Shown here one piece after another: positions 25,370 to 39,102 of a stretch of 64,000 bases of DNA; the stretch's first letter is position 1; every line of letters starts with the position of its first letter. The stretch spans positions 77,748,001 to 77,812,000 of the forward strand of contig OX597831.1 of NCBI GenBank assembly GCA_951406725.2, read 5' to 3'. The stretch is from Octopus vulgaris. Taxonomy: Eukaryota. The translations under genes and the position numbers were made by a program. The notes under the pieces are model-generated. The model made no database searches. It worked only from the letters and a program-made list of their open reading frames with translations, and had not been told where the DNA came from.

Positions 25370-27468
25370 GAATCTGTGTGAATTTAGATAGAGAACGATT
25401 TGGGCGGATTTTTTCAGACGTCTAGAGGTTTTCCTGGGTACGTCTAGACCTTTACTGTTAGTAGGGGATTGGAACGCTACCTTGGACACGCATCTAGATT
25501 ATGTGGGAATGGATAGGAATAGAAGGGGGTGTAAGTGCCTCAAAGACCTACTCAGACGTTTCCATTTATCTGACAGGTTCCGACTCGACCATCCGATGCC
25601 TTGTATAGCGGCATCCGATCGGTGATTCGGGTGAACGGTCACCTGTCGAAACCGTTTGACATCACGCGTTCGGTCCGTCAGGGGTGTCCCCTGTCGGCGC
25701 TTCTGTATGTATTGACTCTTGAGCCGCTACTGCGGAAGCTGGCGACACTGAGGGGCATCCCACGGGAACTGGGTTACAGGACGAGCGTGTCGGCATATGC
25801 GGACGATGTCACCGTCATAGTGTCGAGCGACAAACACATCCAGATGATAGGCGAGACACTAAGAAAATACGAAACGGTGACGGGAGCGAAGATTAACCAG
25901 GAAAAGTCAGTGGGTTTGCTACTCGGCACCTGGAGAAGCAAGCCCATGCCGTCCGACTGCGGCTCAGTAGTGGGACGCTGGACGGACGGACCGGTTAAAT
26001 TGCTCGGGGTCTGGTTCAGTCCGGACCTCCAAATGGATAAGAACTGGGACGAGATCACGAGTAGAGTGGTCGCTCTCAGCTAAACATGGGCCGAGAGAAA
26101 GCTGTCTCTAAAAGGCCGGGCGGAGGTGGCGAACGCGTACATCGCATCCGTCATCGATTACCACCTGACCATCGTGCCTTGTCCCAACGCCACCATCACC
26201 AAACTGGAGCGCATACTCTTCCGCTTCCAGTGGAAGGGTGGCGTTCCGATGGTGAGGAAGTCCATTTGCTGTCAACATCCGTTGAATGGAGGACTGGGCA
26301 TGCCGTGGTTGATGATGCGCAGGCATGCGCTGAGACTGCGGCATCTCTGGAACTTCATCGACGACGGTGAACAGGTGTGGGCGCCGTTTGTGAAGCGCGT
26401 CTTCCCGCAGCTCGTCTCACTGACCGAACTGCAAACGTGGATCAAGAAGAGACCGAAACTGGGCGATTGGCACCGAGAGTGTCGCCAAGCTCTACAGCAG
26501 CTCTGCCGACCGGGGTCAAACTTGTGCAACTTACAAACGACTAAAGCGTTCTATAGAGGACTAGTGGAGGGGAGGTCCGACGACACACTCGGGGCAAACC
26601 TGGGCGCGCCTGTTCATGACGACGTTCGGGCCGGGGCCTATGGATAACTTCCAGAAATCTCTGGCTTGGCAGTGCTATCGAGACGCATTACCTGTTCGAG
26701 AGAAGAGCTACAGGCACGGTTCGAAAACCATCACCGGACCGATCTGCCCGAGATGCGGTCAGAGCGACGAAACCGTTCTGCACGCACTCGTGCAGTGTCC
26801 AGATATTTCAGAGCTGTGGACCTTCGTCGAACAGCTGTTGTCACGTGTAGGTCGGGCCCGCCTATCGGCCGAGTATAACATGGATATTGTTCCACCACCT
26901 TCCTTTAAACGGGAAGAGAAAACGGTTTTCGTTACGCTGATGGCTATGGCGAAAGAATGTGTGTGGTGGACGCGTTTGAAAGGACTGCAAACAAACACCT
27001 TCCTCTCTGGTCAGTCTCTCGTCAACTTTTTCAAGTACCACTTGAAAAGGAGGATGAGAATAGAGAGGAAGGCTTTGTCGAACGAATGTTTTAATAAAAA
27101 GTGGGTAAAAGTGGCAAAAATGGTGAGTATGAAAGACGACACTATTTTAAGCATAAATCTGTAACCAAAAGAGACAACGAGAAGTAAGGCGACTTACTCA
27201 TGTGTTCATTTTCGAACTGTCTGAGGTGACCTTGGTCTTTTTTGTAGGTTTTTCTTTCCAAGGATTCACCTAAACTGTGAACCTTATATATATATATATA
27301 TATATGTTGCTCTTTATACACCACACAACCCACAGATCCCTATTGATCAAACGTGTTTGTTTTTGTTTTTTTTTGTGCCCCACCCATCCCACCTCGAAAA
27401 GAAAAAATTCTACATTGTATTTCGTCCATTTTTATTCTGTGTTTAGCCCTGTGTGGCTACAATAAAAA
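25370..27468 (+). mobile_element. Tx1-like (L1 clade) non-LTR retrotransposon, ORF2 pseudogene with internal deletion
   Basis: APE remnant LLLVGDWNATLD; RT SVRQGCPLSALLYVLTLEPLL and YADDV; in-frame stop at 26081; WAERKLSLKGR; zf-RVT CPRC..ETVLHALVQC; 3' UTR ending AATAAA then (TCTA)n. Confidence 0.93.
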
Positions 27469-27506
27469 GTTATCTATCCATCTATCTATCTATCTATCTA
27501 TTTGCC

Positions 27507-27551
<45 letters not shown>

Positions 27552-28042
27552 GTCTGTCTGTCTCTCGGTCTGTCTGTCTGCCTGTTTATCTATCTTTCTA
27601 TCTATCTAACTGTCTGTCTGTCTATCTATACTCATACATATGCAGAAAAAGAAACATATTCACACACACACACACATACACACGCACGCACACACACACA
27701 CGCACACACACACACACATACGCACACACGCACGCATAGTGTATCTACAGTTCATTTACTTTAACAAATTTGTTGCAATTCAGGTAAATCCACTACAAAA
27801 ATAAATAAAAAAAGTAATAATACGGTTTGAATATAATATCTGTTATGTAAGTGTAATTGCATTGTTGGCGGCTTTTGTGAATGCGTGTGTGTGAGTGAGT
27901 GAGTGAGTGAGTCGGTACTGTGTGTGCGTAGATAGATATTCCTGTGTATGTGTGTGAATCGCTGTGACATATATGGATGTATCTATATATGTATGTAGGT
28001 ATATGCTTGTGTGTGAGAGCTGGTGTTACCCCGGTCTGTCTG

Positions 28043-28089
<47 letters not shown>

Positions 28090-28142
28090 GTCTGTCTGTC
28101 TGTCTGTATGTCTGTCTATCTGTCTGTCTGTCTGTCTGTATG

Positions 28143-28173
<31 letters not shown>

Positions 28174-29123
28174 GTATATACATACCTGTGCGTGTGTGAG
28201 TGAGTCGGTGTTGTGGGTGTATGTATAACTATACCTGAGTGTGTGTGTGTGTGTGTGTGTATTTTTTAATGTCTAGGTGTTTTGGGTGGGTTTGTTTATA
28301 TGCATATGTGTGTGTAGAAATGCGTATATATGTATATATATATGTATGCATATAAATATATTTTCAAGCTTATAAGTTTGATCATCATATATATACTTCT
28401 CTCTCTCTCTCTCTCTCACATATACACTCGTGCATATATAGACACACATACATGTGTACCTGCATGTGTGTACTTACCTCTGTGTGCGGACGTGACTGTG
28501 TGTGAATGTATGCTTGAATGAGTATCTGTGTCTGTCTGTCTTGGCCTTGCCACGTCACACATCCAGGTAGACTTTTATGAATATAATGAATCAATGAATT
28601 ATTTCACTACAAAACGTGTTCAAACGAAGTAGATTATAAAGCTTCTTCTCTTCTTTTTCTTTTTCTTTTTTTTCTTTTGGTGACGGGGAAGGAAAGGAGA
28701 AGTAAGTTATTCACCATAGACTAGCGGCGTGTCCTGGATCATCGGTTACTCGTCTGCTCAAGTTTATAGTCTGTATAGATTACTCATAGACACATCTCGT
28801 ATACATGCCTCATATCTGTTTTTTTTTTTTGTGAGTAGGGTTACCCATTTAAAGCTGAGCTGACTAGGTCAACGTGAAATGAAGTGTTTCGCATGAGAAC
28901 ATAAATGTACCGGTGGCCTGAGGAATCGAAATCGCGATCCTAGGATCTTGCGACTGTGAATGCAATATATATATATATATATATATATAGAATAAAGCTT
29001 TCTAAAAAAACCTAATTCCAGGTGTCGATTTGTCCGATTACAACCCTTCAAGGTGATGCTCCAGCATGACCGCAGTGAAATCGCTGAATCAAATAACAGG
29101 ATAAAAGAATATGTATGTATATA

Positions 29124-29368
29124 CAGTAATCCCTCGTCATATCGCTGTTTGCTTATCGCTGTTCGCCCATCGCGGTTCGCCTATCACGGTTCATTATTTA
29201 AGCTTACATCGATTCCTCCATGGTGTTGTTTTGCATTTATAATCAAATAGATATGTACAAATTATAAAGATAATTTTTAAAATATGCAGTACAGTACTGT
29301 CTCTGCAGGTTTTCACCTATTGCGTGAGGTTTTGGAACTTAACACCCGCGATGATCGAAGGATTACAA
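29124..29368. mobile_element. Tigger/pogo-like MITE
   Basis: TA|CAGTAATCCCTCG..ATATCGC ... CGCGATGATCGAAGGATTAC..|TA; same family as 34881-35170. Confidence 0.75.
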
Positions 29369-29398
29369 TATGTATGTTATGTATGTATTTATAATGTC

Positions 29399-30175
29399 TG
29401 GAGGCGCAGTGGCCCAGTGGATAGGGCAACGGACTCACGTTGTGAGTGTTTATTGAGCCAAAACACCTGAGGCTCCGTCAAATGGGTTGTGGCGAACCTT
29501 GCTGTACCCTTTCACCACAACTTTCTCTCACTCTTTCTCCCTGTTTCTGTTGTACCTGTATTTTGAAGGGGGTCAGCCTTGTCACACTCTGTGTCACGCT
29601 GAATCTCCCCGAGAACTACGTTAAGGGAACACGTGTCTGCGAAGTGCTCAGCCACTTGCACGTTAATTTCACGAGCAGGCTGTTCCGTTGATCGGATTGA
29701 TTGGAACCTTCGTCGTCGTAACCGACGTAGTGCCATAGGAGTGGCTGTGTGGTAAGTAGCTTGCTTACGAATCACATGGTTCCGGGTTCAATCCCACTGT
29801 GTGGCGCCTTGAGCAAGTGTCTTCTACAATAGTCTCGGTCCGACCAAAGCCTTGTGAGTGGATTTGGTTGACGGAAACTGAAAGAAGCCCGTCGTATATA
29901 TGTATGTATATATGTATATATATATATATATATATATTTGTATGTATGCATATATGTATGTATGTGTATATGTTTGTGGGTCTGTGTTTATCCCCCCAAC
30001 ACTGCTTGACAACCGATGCTGGTGTGTTTACGTATCCGTAACTTAGCGGTTCGACAAAAGTGACCGATAGAATAAGTACTAGGCTTATAAAGAATAAGTA
30101 CTGGGGGTAGATGTACTCGACTAAAGGCGGTGCTCCGGCATGGCCACAGTCAAATGACTGAAACAAGTAAAAGGA
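29399..30175 (+). mobile_element. SINE 'C' (deleted head) directly followed by SINE 'A'
   Basis: SINE C tail CGTCGTCGTAACCGACG ends near 29733; SINE A head AGGAGTGGCTGTGTGG begins near 29737. Confidence 0.85.
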
Positions 30176-30243
30176 TAATGTCCTGTATATAATTATGCAT
30201 CTATATATGCGTGTGTGTGTTAGTGTGTGTGTGTGTGTGTGTG

Positions 30244-30281
<38 letters not shown>

Positions 30282-30689
30282 CATTTGTGCGTGTGTGTTA
30301 GTGTTTGTATGTGTCAGTGGAGGTTGTGATTTTTTTTAGCTTAGAAGCATAGTGAAAGCATGGCAGCCTAGTGAAAGATGTAAATAGTATCACTAGCGCC
30401 ACCTGTTGCTTCAGCTGGGAACTTGAACTTCTATCACGACACGGACACAGCTGTCAGTCTCAGCCGGGACTCACCGTCTGCCCGGCTGCCTGCCTGTCTG
30501 CCTGTCTGTCTCTTACTCTATTACTGTCTATCTGTCTCTCCCTTTGTCTATCACACACTCTTCACCACTCACTCTCTCTCTCTCCTACCGTCTACTGGAA
30601 CAGAATGTGATGTCGAATATAAAGCGATCCCACATTTTGAACCTAAAACACACACACACATATGTACATATGTATGTATATACACACAT

Positions 30690-30748
<59 letters not shown>

Positions 30749-30753
<5 letters not shown>

Positions 30754-30865
30754 AGGTTCGGAGATGATGTACAGGTATTTTATATTAGAAGAAATATAAA
30801 GAGGTACTCAGAAATTCAGATGGTTTTATATTTACAGATATTTATTTGTATATTACATGTTTTTA
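30749..30865 (-). repeat. Terminal fragment of the element at 53453-53720, inside (TA)n
   Basis: Reverse complement AATAAATATCTGTAAATATAAAACCATCTGAATTTCTGAGTA matches 53670-53711. Confidence 0.6.
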
Positions 30866-30891
30866 TACATCATATAACTTAGATCATGTGT

Positions 30892-30940
<49 letters not shown>

Positions 30941-31095
30941 TATACACACACATATATATACATATATACATACACATATACAAATATATGCATATGTGTA
31001 TGTGTGTGTACATATATGCGTTATAGGTTCAAAATGTGGGATCGCATGATATTCGAAAAAATGGAATAAGGGAATGAAATATCTTATATATACAT

Positions 31096-31152
<57 letters not shown>

Positions 31153-31231
31153 CGTGTGTGTGTGTGTGTTTGTGCGCAGGCGCGTCTGCATTCCATTCTC
31201 TTGTTCCCTTTCTTTTCTCCAGCTCGAGTAC

Positions 31232-31440
31232 AAGCTTTCCCCGCTTTACGGAAGTGTTGTGCTCGTAAAATTCCTATCCTATCGTAATGTTCTTTTACAC
31301 AAAATCTATCTTCTCATGGTTCTCATTCATACTACACAGATTGGCAATGAAATGGAAGGCTGAGAAATTTCGCATTGCACTAATCCGCGTTACAGGCGAT
31401 ATTTTATGAACACAACTCTTCCGCAACGCAGGATATGCTT
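31232..31440. mobile_element. MITE-like element with about 40-bp imperfect TIRs
   Basis: AAGCTTTCCCCGCTTTACGGAAGTGTTGTGCTCGTAAAAT versus reverse complement AAGCATATCCTGCGTTGCGGAAGAGTTGTGTTCATAAAAT. Confidence 0.6.
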
Positions 31441-31518
31441 AATTTCAGTTACAACCACTCCTTAGTTTTGCTCCCTGATGTTTTTATTAAATTTCTCACA
31501 TTAAACGTAATAAATATG

Positions 31519-31569
<51 letters not shown>

Positions 31570-31717
31570 CGAATTATCAACCGTACAGGCAAATTAATAA
31601 AATATATACATGCAATATTAGATATGTACATATATATACACTAGGGTACTACATGAGTACCTATGTCGCTAAAAATTAGAAGTCGAAACATACTTCTTTA
31701 CCACCGAATAGTCACAA

Positions 31718-31775
<58 letters not shown>

Positions 31776-32213
31776 ATGTATTAATAGTTATCACCAACGT
31801 AACATGGCAGTCTAGATAAATAGGACGAATGCTGCCGTTGATTAGCTCCAAGAGGCCATCGCCTCTAGCCAGCTATGTGACACAAAAACCTGTGTCCATT
31901 ATAACCTTCGAACAGGGGAGGTCAGCAGCTTCCCCTTGCTGAGACAAACAGATAGAAAAATGTGTTTTACCACCGTAAAAAAGTACCTGTACGTTGTCTT
32001 TCAAGTTGCTAATAATAGCAGCAAACCTCCCTTAATTTGAACTTTAGTATCGGAAAAATAAAGTCCCATGCATTCCTGTCTTTGATGAGTGTGTGTGTGT
32101 GCGTGTGTGTGTATATATGTCTATGTGTGTGTGTTTGTGTGCGTGCGTGCGAGCGTGTACGTGTGTGTGTGTGTATGCGTGCGTGCAAGTGCGTGTGTGT
32201 GTGTATGCGCGTG

Positions 32214-32373
<160 letters not shown>

Positions 32374-32778
32374 AGTGTTTATTTATTTGTGGGAGGCTCT
32401 TGGTCATTGACGAATATAAATGATTGTGCGGAATATTGTTTTGTAAATTATTTCAGTTATGTGTAAAATGAATCTCCTAAACGCTTATCAGTGATGCGTT
32501 ATCGTTTCGTCGGAGCAGAGGTCGGCATAGGAACGATAAAGGGGGGGAGTAACGAAGAGAGATGGATAGAGAGATAGAGGAACAAACAAATGCACAGAAG
32601 GAGAAGTGAAGGACAGAGAGGGAGAGTTGCAGATTTAGAAACAAAGAGAGAGAAAGAAGAGAGAGAGAGAGAGAGAGAGGTGGTGGAACGGCGATAAGAT
32701 AATGTTAAATATTTTGCTAGTTTTATGGCAATATTTGATGAGTATGATACAGGTGTTAAGTAGGTGGCCATTTTGTTG

Positions 32779-33260
32779 TCTGTCGTCATCTACCGTCGCC
32801 TGCCGTCATCTACCGTCGTCTGCCGTCGCTTACCGTCGCCTGCCGTCATCTACCGTCGTCTGCCGTCATCTACCGTCGTCTGCCGTCATCTACCGTCGCC
32901 TGCCGTCGTCTACCGTCGTCTGCCGTCATCTACCGTCGTCTGCCGTCGCTTACCGTCGCCTGCCGTCATCTACCGTCGTCTGCCGTCATCTACCGTCGTC
33001 TGCCGTCATCTACCGTCGTCTGCCGTCATCTACCGTCGTCTGCCGTCATCTACCGTCGCCTGCCGTCGTCTACCGTCGTCTGCCGTCGCTTACGTCGTCT
33101 GCCGTCATCTACCGTCGTCTGCCGTCATCTACCGTCGTCTGCCGTCATCTACCGTCGTCTGCCGTCGCTTACCGTCGCCTGCCGTCATCTACCGTCGTCT
33201 GCCGTCATCCACCGTCGTCTGCCGTCATCGACCGTCGTCTGCCGTCATCGACCGTCGTCT
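32779..33260 (+). repeat. CpG-rich 10/20-bp minisatellite (CTACCGTCGT-CTGCCGTCAT)n fused to a SINE B body
   Basis: About 48 ten-bp units running directly into CTGAGTTCAAATTCCGCCG. Confidence 0.95.
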
Positions 33261-34245
33261 GAGTTCAAATTCCGCCGTGGTCGACCTTGCTTTTCATCCT
33301 TTCGGGGTCGATAAATCAAGTACCAGTTGCATACTGGGGTCGATATAATCAACTGGCTCCCTCCCCAAACATTTCGGGCCTTATGCCAAGAGCAGAAAAG
33401 AAGATTATATCAGTGCCAAATTGGCGAGCTGGCAGAATCGTTAGCACGCCGGGCGAAATTCTTAGCGCTATTTCGTCTGCTGCTACGTTCTGAGTTCAAA
33501 TTCCACCGAGGTTGCCTTTGCCTTTCATCCTTTCGGCGTCGATAAAATTAGCACCATTTACTCACTGGGGTCGATGTAATCGACTTAATCTCTTCGGCCA
33601 AAATTCGAGGCCTTGAGCTTCCAGTAGAAAGGATTATACGTGGTTTGGTTTGTGTGTGTGAATGCGTGTGTAACAGTGAGTTATTTAATGCTCAAATCGG
33701 CGTCAACAGCCCCGCCTTTTTTTGTATTTAGTGGATTTGGGGTTTCCTGATATTCAACCAATACCGGTTGTCTAGCGGTAGAGAGGAACAAACACACATA
33801 TATATACACACATATATATAGTTAGCACGCCGGAAAAAAAATGCTTATTGATGTCGTCCAACTTTTTGTTCTTTTTACATTCCGCAGGGGTCGACTTTGC
33901 CTTTCATCCTTTCGGGGTCGATGAAATAAGTACCAGTTACGCACTGGGGGTCAATGTAATCGACTGGCCTTCTGCCCCACCCACCGAAATTGCAAGCCTT
34001 GTGCCCATAGTAGAAAGGATTACCATTACGGCTGCGATCTAGCAGAATCGTTAGCGTGTAAGGCAAGATGCTTATCGATATTTCGTCTGTCTTTACGATC
34101 TGAGTTCAAATTCCACTGAGGTCGACTTTGCTTTTCATCCTTTCGGAGTTGATAAAATAAGTACCAGTTGAATACTGTGGTAGATATAATCGACTAGTCC
34201 CTTCCCCCAAAATTTCAGGCCTTGTGCCTTTAGTAGAAAGGATTA
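33260..34245 (+). mobile_element. Four SINE 'B' monomers (two tandem pairs)
   Basis: Cores near 33290, 33520, 33900 and 34130. Confidence 0.85.
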
Positions 34246-34880
34246 CAAAGGATACATTTTGGCAATCGACGCCAGTGAATACACACACCGGATAATGTAG
34301 TCCTAGGTTCACTATTCCGGAACAAATGTATGCGTGCTCACGATTGTATATCCATCTGACCGATCAGGACTTACCTGGGGTTAAACAACAGCAGAAATAG
34401 CAGTAAGAGCATGAGAAGCCTGATCTAACAAGTGCGCCTCAAGGCAGCCGCTTGACCTGCTGGAAAAATAGGGGAGCATAAAATCACCCTTTAAATCACA
34501 TTCCACTGTCTAATAAACGTGAAGGCATTAGGCAAAAACAAACAGAAACAGCAATAAAAGTATTAGCCATGGCTGGAATGCCGCATTTGAGCATAAGTTT
34601 ACTTGATGAATGTTGGCTTATGACTGAATAGAACAAATTTTTATGGCTTGATTAGAAGAGGAATAACATCCATAACTTATTCTAGGGTGTCTTGGACTGG
34701 TCCCAGGGTGGAGGTAAATAAGCACAATCTTGAGTTATCACGGTAAGAAGCTGGTGCCAAATTCCGTTCAAATTTCACTCGAATGCCAGCAACAAACTGG
34801 GCGCCCACTAAAAGCATCCAAGAGGCCAAGTGTGAAGAGATGTCAAACTAGATAACAATCAAGTCCCTCAAATAGGTGTA

Positions 34881-35170
34881 TAGTGATCCCTCGACTATCG
34901 CGGGTGTTACGTTCGAAAACCTCCCACAGGAAATCTTTTAAATCTACAAAAATATAAATACCTATCGGCCGCAGAAATCCGCGATATAGTGAGGAGACCG
35001 CGATATAAATTTATGTATATTAACCAGAAAAATCCGCGATGTAGTGAGTGCGCGGTAGGTGTGTAAAGACAGAGACTTCGTTTGGTCCTACCTGAGATTA
35101 GAAATCGAATCTCAAGTTGGACCAAACGAGGGTCTTTACATGTGAACTGCGATATGGCGAGGGATTACTG
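34881..35170. mobile_element. Tigger/pogo-like MITE
   Basis: TA|TAGTGATCCCTCGACTATCGCG ... GCGATATGGCGAGGGATTACTG|TA. Confidence 0.8.
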
Positions 35171-35652
35171 TAGATCATCCAACAGGATTTCGTGCCATTT
35201 CCATTGACATTACTTCACTTGCAAAACACTTGGGTCGCCTCGAAGCTATTCTAGAAGTAAATCACTTGTCCAACGTGCCGTACGAACAGGACCGAACCCG
35301 GAAGTACAGAATGACGAATCAAACTCATTTAACCTCACAACAGCGCTTGCACCTATCAGGTTTTTGTTCACATCAATACGTCACTTCACAAGAAACTATA
35401 AAACAGTACTATTTCACCTCAACTTGCGCAAGTAAAACGATTTATGTTTTTCTCATTGAATGCTACAAAGCTGACTTCAGCTCTCCTTACAGAAGAACAG
35501 CCAAGCCACACCACATTTAGAATATCGAAAATCATAATGAAGCAGACAAAGAAAACATTCCTAGTTAAAGATATATTTGCATATTTCTTTCTTTCTGACT
35601 GTCTGTCTGTCTTTCTTTCTGTCTAATCTATCTGCGCGCGTGTGTATGTATG

Positions 35653-36472
<820 letters not shown>

Positions 36473-36523
36473 AAAAAAAAGTCAAGATAGAAAATGCTAA
36501 AATAATTTTATAAAAAAACATTT

Positions 36524-36559
36524 CAGTACCGGTTTCAGTCATTGAGACTTTTTCAACTG
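36524..36559 (-). ncRNA. Intact minimal type I hammerhead ribozyme-like motif, U3-A8 variant
   Basis: Minus strand: cag TTGAAAA agtc tcaat gact GAAA CCGG TA ctg; within a roughly 190-bp element (36470-36660) flanked by (TA)n. Confidence 0.75.
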
Positions 36560-37119
36560 TAACAATTAAATAATTAAATTTAGAAAGATTAAAAGAAAAG
36601 TTTCTTTAAAAGAATATTTGTATAGTGTTCAAATACAAGTGGCATTTTCCTTGTTTCCTATATATATATATATATATATATATATAGATAGGTAGATGGA
36701 TAGAGAGAAAGAGAAAGAGAGAATGCGCGAGAAAGAGAGAGAAGGAATGTACATATATGTAATGCATAAATAGTTACATGCATAGAGAAAGGGCGTGGTG
36801 TCAGTAACCACCCGCCCTCCCTTGTATCAATATCTACCTTAGTGTTAAATTTCACTTTGTCTATTTCTGTCTTTTCTATACTGCGTTGCACAAAATACAC
36901 AAACGCTATTATTACGAGTGATTGATCTCTTACCATTCGTATTTCTATGGCAGATCAGCCTATTTCTTTTCCTGTATCTTCTCTATCTTTCATTTTCCTT
37001 ATCTCTCGTATCGTGTCATTTTTATTTACCTTATCTGTCTTGTCTATCTTATCTTATCTTAGCTTATTTTATCATAGATACATACATACATTCATACACA
37101 CACACACACATATACTTTT

Positions 37120-37319
37120 TTATTTGTTTCAGTCATGTTGACTGCGGTCATGCTGGAGCATCGCCTTTACTCGAACACATCAACCCTAGCACTTATTCTT
37201 CGTAAGCCTAGTACTTATTCTATCGGTCTCTTAGACGAACCGCTAAGTTACGGGGACGTAAACACACCAACATCGGTGAGGGGACAAACACACACACACA
37301 AACATACCTACACACACGC

Positions 37320-37355
<36 letters not shown>

Positions 37356-37520
37356 GCACACATATATATATATATATATACATATATACGACGGGCTTCT
37401 TTCAGTTTCTGTCTACCAAATCCACTCACAAAGATTTGTATATATATATACAACCACATGGTTCCGGGTTCAGTCCCACTGCGTGGCACCTTGGGCAAGT
37501 GTCTTCTAATATGGCCTCTA
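37120..37520. mobile_element. SINE 'A' with head segment inverted relative to the body
   Basis: 37120-37432 minus-strand body and tail; 37451-37519 plus-strand head segment. Confidence 0.75.
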
Positions 37521-37521
37521 C

Positions 37522-37557
<36 letters not shown>

Positions 37558-37609
37558 TAAGGCTTGAACGCACGCTAGCAAAACGCTAAACCGAAACCTT
37601 ATCTGTCAT

Positions 37610-37840
37610 GTGGCGAGGTGGCAGAATCGTTACCACGCCGGGCGAAATGCTTAGCGGTATTTCGTCTACCGTTACGTTCTGAGTTCAAATTCCACCGAAG
37701 TCGACTTTGCCTTTCATCCTTTCGGGGTCGATAAATTAAGTACCATTTACACACTGGGGTCGATGTAATCGACTCAATCTCTTTGTCTGTCCTTGTTTGT
37801 CCTCTCCATGTTTAGCCCTTGTGGGCAATAAAGAAATAAG
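37610..37840 (+). mobile_element. SINE 'B' with about 16-bp TSD
   Basis: Flanks GAAACCTTATCTGTCAT / GAAACATTATGTGTCAT. Confidence 0.9.
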
Positions 37841-38083
37841 AAACATTATGTGTCATTATGGTTTTCTGGCATGAAGCAAAGCAGGCCTTGCCGTCCACTC
37901 AAGAAAACTTATAGTAAATGATTCACAAGTACTCAAGCAAGCTGAGTCCTCAAATTATTCAATTTATCTTTCTGTCTGTATGTCTACCTGCCTGTCTATC
38001 TTCCTGTCAGTCCGTCTATCTGTCTATCTATCTGTCTATCTGTCCGTCTGTCTATCTATCTGTCTATCTGTCTGTCTGTCTAT

Positions 38084-38121
<38 letters not shown>

Positions 38122-38748
38122 GTCTGTCTATCTATCTATCTATCTATCAATACATACATACTTACATACATTCATTCATCCATCCATTCGCACACACACA
38201 CATATACCCTCATACACATATATACATACATACATACATACATACATACATACATACATACATACATACATACATACATACATACATACATACATACATA
38301 CATACATACATACATACCTGTACATCCTCACATTGCTATACTTATGGCAATTAACCAGGCAGCATGCAGTGAAATTGAATCTGAAGTTTCGAGGGTACGA
38401 AGAGAACGTCTTAGCCACGCGGCCCCTCTTGTTCGTATCTAAGGTATCTCGACGTTTCTCCTTATGTGAATCTATCAGTTAACTGAAACAAGCCTTATTC
38501 AGGGACCTTCTGAGCAGGATAAGTTACTCAACCAGAAGAAAATTCTAACTGGGCCCCACCTGCAAGGTTATGCGCTGTTTATCTTGATATGAGATCATCA
38601 TGTCGCGCACACGTGGTTGTTATGCATGTGCCTGGTGTACCCTTATCAGACGGGTAGTCATGATGGGTATACTGGGCTTCGTATGTTTTACCCCAGTGTC
38701 ACTTTGATGGCATGCACTGCTCTCTCACTAATAATAATAATAATAATG

Positions 38749-38819
<71 letters not shown>

Positions 38820-38821
38820 CC

Positions 38822-39034
38822 TTTCTACTAAACGCACAAAGCCTGAAACTTATGGGAGGTGACTAGTCAATTACATCAACCTCCAGTATTTCACTGGTAC
38901 TTGATTTATCGACCCCGAACGGATGAAAGACAAAGTCGACCTCGGCGGAATTCTGAACTTAGAACGTAAAAGGCGGTTGATATGCCACTAAGCATTTCGT
39001 CCGGCCTGCTAACGATTCTAACAGCTCGCCGCCT
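38822..39034 (-). mobile_element. SINE 'B' between (TAA)n and (CAA)n
   Basis: Reverse-complement head and core. Confidence 0.85.
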
Positions 39035-39035
39035 T

Positions 39036-39102
<67 letters not shown>

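Noticed and set aside
31205-31363. Terminal exon after a strong acceptor (TTTTCTCCAG)
   Set aside because: The downstream sequence is explained by a MITE-like inverted-repeat element and the peptide is unrecognisable.
32702-33348. 186-194 aa repetitive ORFs, or a CRISPR-like array
   Set aside because: A contiguous 10-bp tandem repeat with no unique spacers and no cas genes, in a eukaryotic context.
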